Positions 63,063 through 64,000 of a stretch of DNA of 64,000 nucleotides are shown in pieces (positions within the stretch are counted from its first letter, which is position 1; each line of letters opens with the position of its first letter). The position numbers were made by a program, and so were the translations under genes. The notes beneath the pieces are model-generated. The model searched no databases and had not been told where the DNA came from. It saw nothing but the letters and a program-made list of their open reading frames with translations. Origin of the DNA: Eubacteriales bacterium. Lineage in GTDB: Bacteria > Bacillota > Clostridia > Oscillospirales > CAG-272. The DNA lies in assembly GCA_045576095.1 (NCBI GenBank), contig JAZNFP010000059.1, forward strand, positions 9,911 to 73,910, in the 5' to 3' direction.

Positions 63063-63954
63063 TCGTCTCCTCCTCCTCTTCCTTCATCACAATCGCGTCA
63101 TCGGATTGGTTAAGCATGACCTTGTACAGGAACGCCTTTAGCGTAGAATAGGTAAAATTGCGCGTAATCTGACGACGGTACGCCACGGAAATGATCCCGG
63201 TTTCCTCGCTGACGACGATCACGATCGCATCACTGTTCTCGCTCATGCCGATTGCCGCGCGGTGACGTGTTCCGAGAGAGGGATCAAGGTCGCTTCGGCG
63301 AGAAAGCTGAAGCAGGCAGCCGGCAGCGCAAATGCGCCGGTCGCGGATGACCACCGCTCCGTCGTGAAGCGGAGATTTATCAAAGAAAATGTTACGGAGC
63401 AAATACGAGGTAACCTTGGCGTCGATCTCGATTCCCGAGCGGACGACGTCCCCCAGCTGATCATTTCTCTCGAAGACGATCAGAGCACCGGTTTTCAGAC
63501 GGGAAAGCTCGGCAGTCGCCTGGGCAATCGCATCAATCGACTCGTCCTGCATCGGCGTTTTATGCTGCTTTTCGGCAGAAAACGTCGTGTAAATGCTTCG
63601 GAAGGAGTCGGTTCCCATCCGACCGAGCATTTGACGCAGCTCGGGCTGAAACAGAATGAGGATCGCGAGCACTCCAATTGAAAATACCGAGCCGAGGATC
63701 GTGCGAACGGCAGTAAAGTCGAGAAGACAGCTGACGCCGTAGATCACGCCCCAAACGAGAATACCGACGAAGGCTCCCCCGATATGCCGCTCAATCACGT
63801 AGCAAACGAGGAAAAACAAAATAACAGACAAATACAGAACGTCAAATACGTCGACCGCTCCCATCGAAGCAAAGCATCTCGGAACGAAGGAAAAAAATCC
63901 CCGGAAGCTCTCAAAAGCCGTCGTCAAGAAGATATGATTCATTTCTCTCTCCAC
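63055..63954 (-). CDS. cdaA: Diadenylate cyclase CdaA (DisA_N/DAC domain, membrane-anchored)
   Basis: Three N-terminal TM helices, then ...TGALIVFERNDQLGDVV...SPLHDGAVVIRDRRICAAGCLL...LGTRHRAAIGMSENSDAIVIVVSEETG... Confidence 0.9.
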   Translation of the reverse strand: MEREMNHIFLTTAFESFRGFFSFVPRCFASMGAVDVFDVLYLSVILFFLVCYVIERHIGGAFVGILVWGVIYGVSCLLDFTAVRTILGSVFSIGVLAILILFQPELRQMLGRMGTDSFRSIYTTFSAEKQHKTPMQDESIDAIAQATAELSRLKTGALIVFERNDQLGDVVRSGIEIDAKVTSYLLRNIFFDKSPLHDGAVVIRDRRICAAGCLLQLSRRSDLDPSLGTRHRAAIGMSENSDAIVIVVSEETGIISVAYRRQITRNFTYSTLKAFLYKVMLNQSDDAIVMKEEEEETNE

Positions 63955-64000
63955 GGGGGCAAGGATCTACGCCCCAAAATAAATTTACAAACATTATAGC

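Noticed and set aside
1-64000. Window-wide scan for CRISPR arrays, IS elements, integrases, prophage or defence-system genes
   Set aside because: There are no regularly spaced direct repeats, no transposase, integrase or phage-like ORFs, and no toxin-antitoxin-like small gene pairs. Gene content is core housekeeping and sporulation functions throughout.

Overview
The window looks like a core chromosomal segment of an endospore-forming Firmicute (Clostridia-like, roughly mid-50s % GC by eye). The taxon is inferred from gene content (spoIIID, yabP/yabQ, pdaA-like, SpoVB/YabM-like flippase, glgBCDAP). It is densely coding, and nearly all long ORFs are recognisable housekeeping genes. These include efp (truncated at the edge), rplA-rplK-nusG-secE-rpmG, tmcAL, ackA, coaE, prfA, tsaC/sua5, a ParC/GyrA-like subunit, rplU-prp-rpmA, galE, glnS, metY, comFC, spoIIID, lysC, tRNA-Ser(GGA) and pgi. 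A complete glycogen operon follows (glgB-C-D-A-P plus a GH13 enzyme and aroK), then hup-yabO-yabP-yabQ, hemZ, dtd, rel, recJ and cdaA. I saw no CRISPR arrays, transposases, integrases, prophage genes or recognisable defence systems. Many intergenic regions carry near-consensus sigma-A promoters (TTGACA-17-TATAAT, often with a TGn extension) and clear hairpin terminators, so operon boundaries can be read with fair confidence. The parts worth a second look are: (1) a promoter-to-terminator operon at 25.3-29.7 kb with an LtaS-like enzyme, one 701-aa ORF fusing a YidC/Oxa1 insertase domain to a TagB/TagF glycerophosphotransferase domain, and a 79-aa membrane protein. (2) A family-less cysteine-rich 301-aa protein next to a minimal 135-aa Walker-A protein (31.3-32.7 kb). 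(3) A strong sigma-A-type promoter reading antisense through the whole spoIIID gene toward a TrmH-family methyltransferase whose start overlaps the spoIIID promoter. (4) Several missing-partner situations: cdaA without a full cdaR, a fumarate hydratase alpha subunit without beta, and a ParC-like subunit without an adjacent ParE. All functional calls rest on motif recognition by eye. No database search was run.
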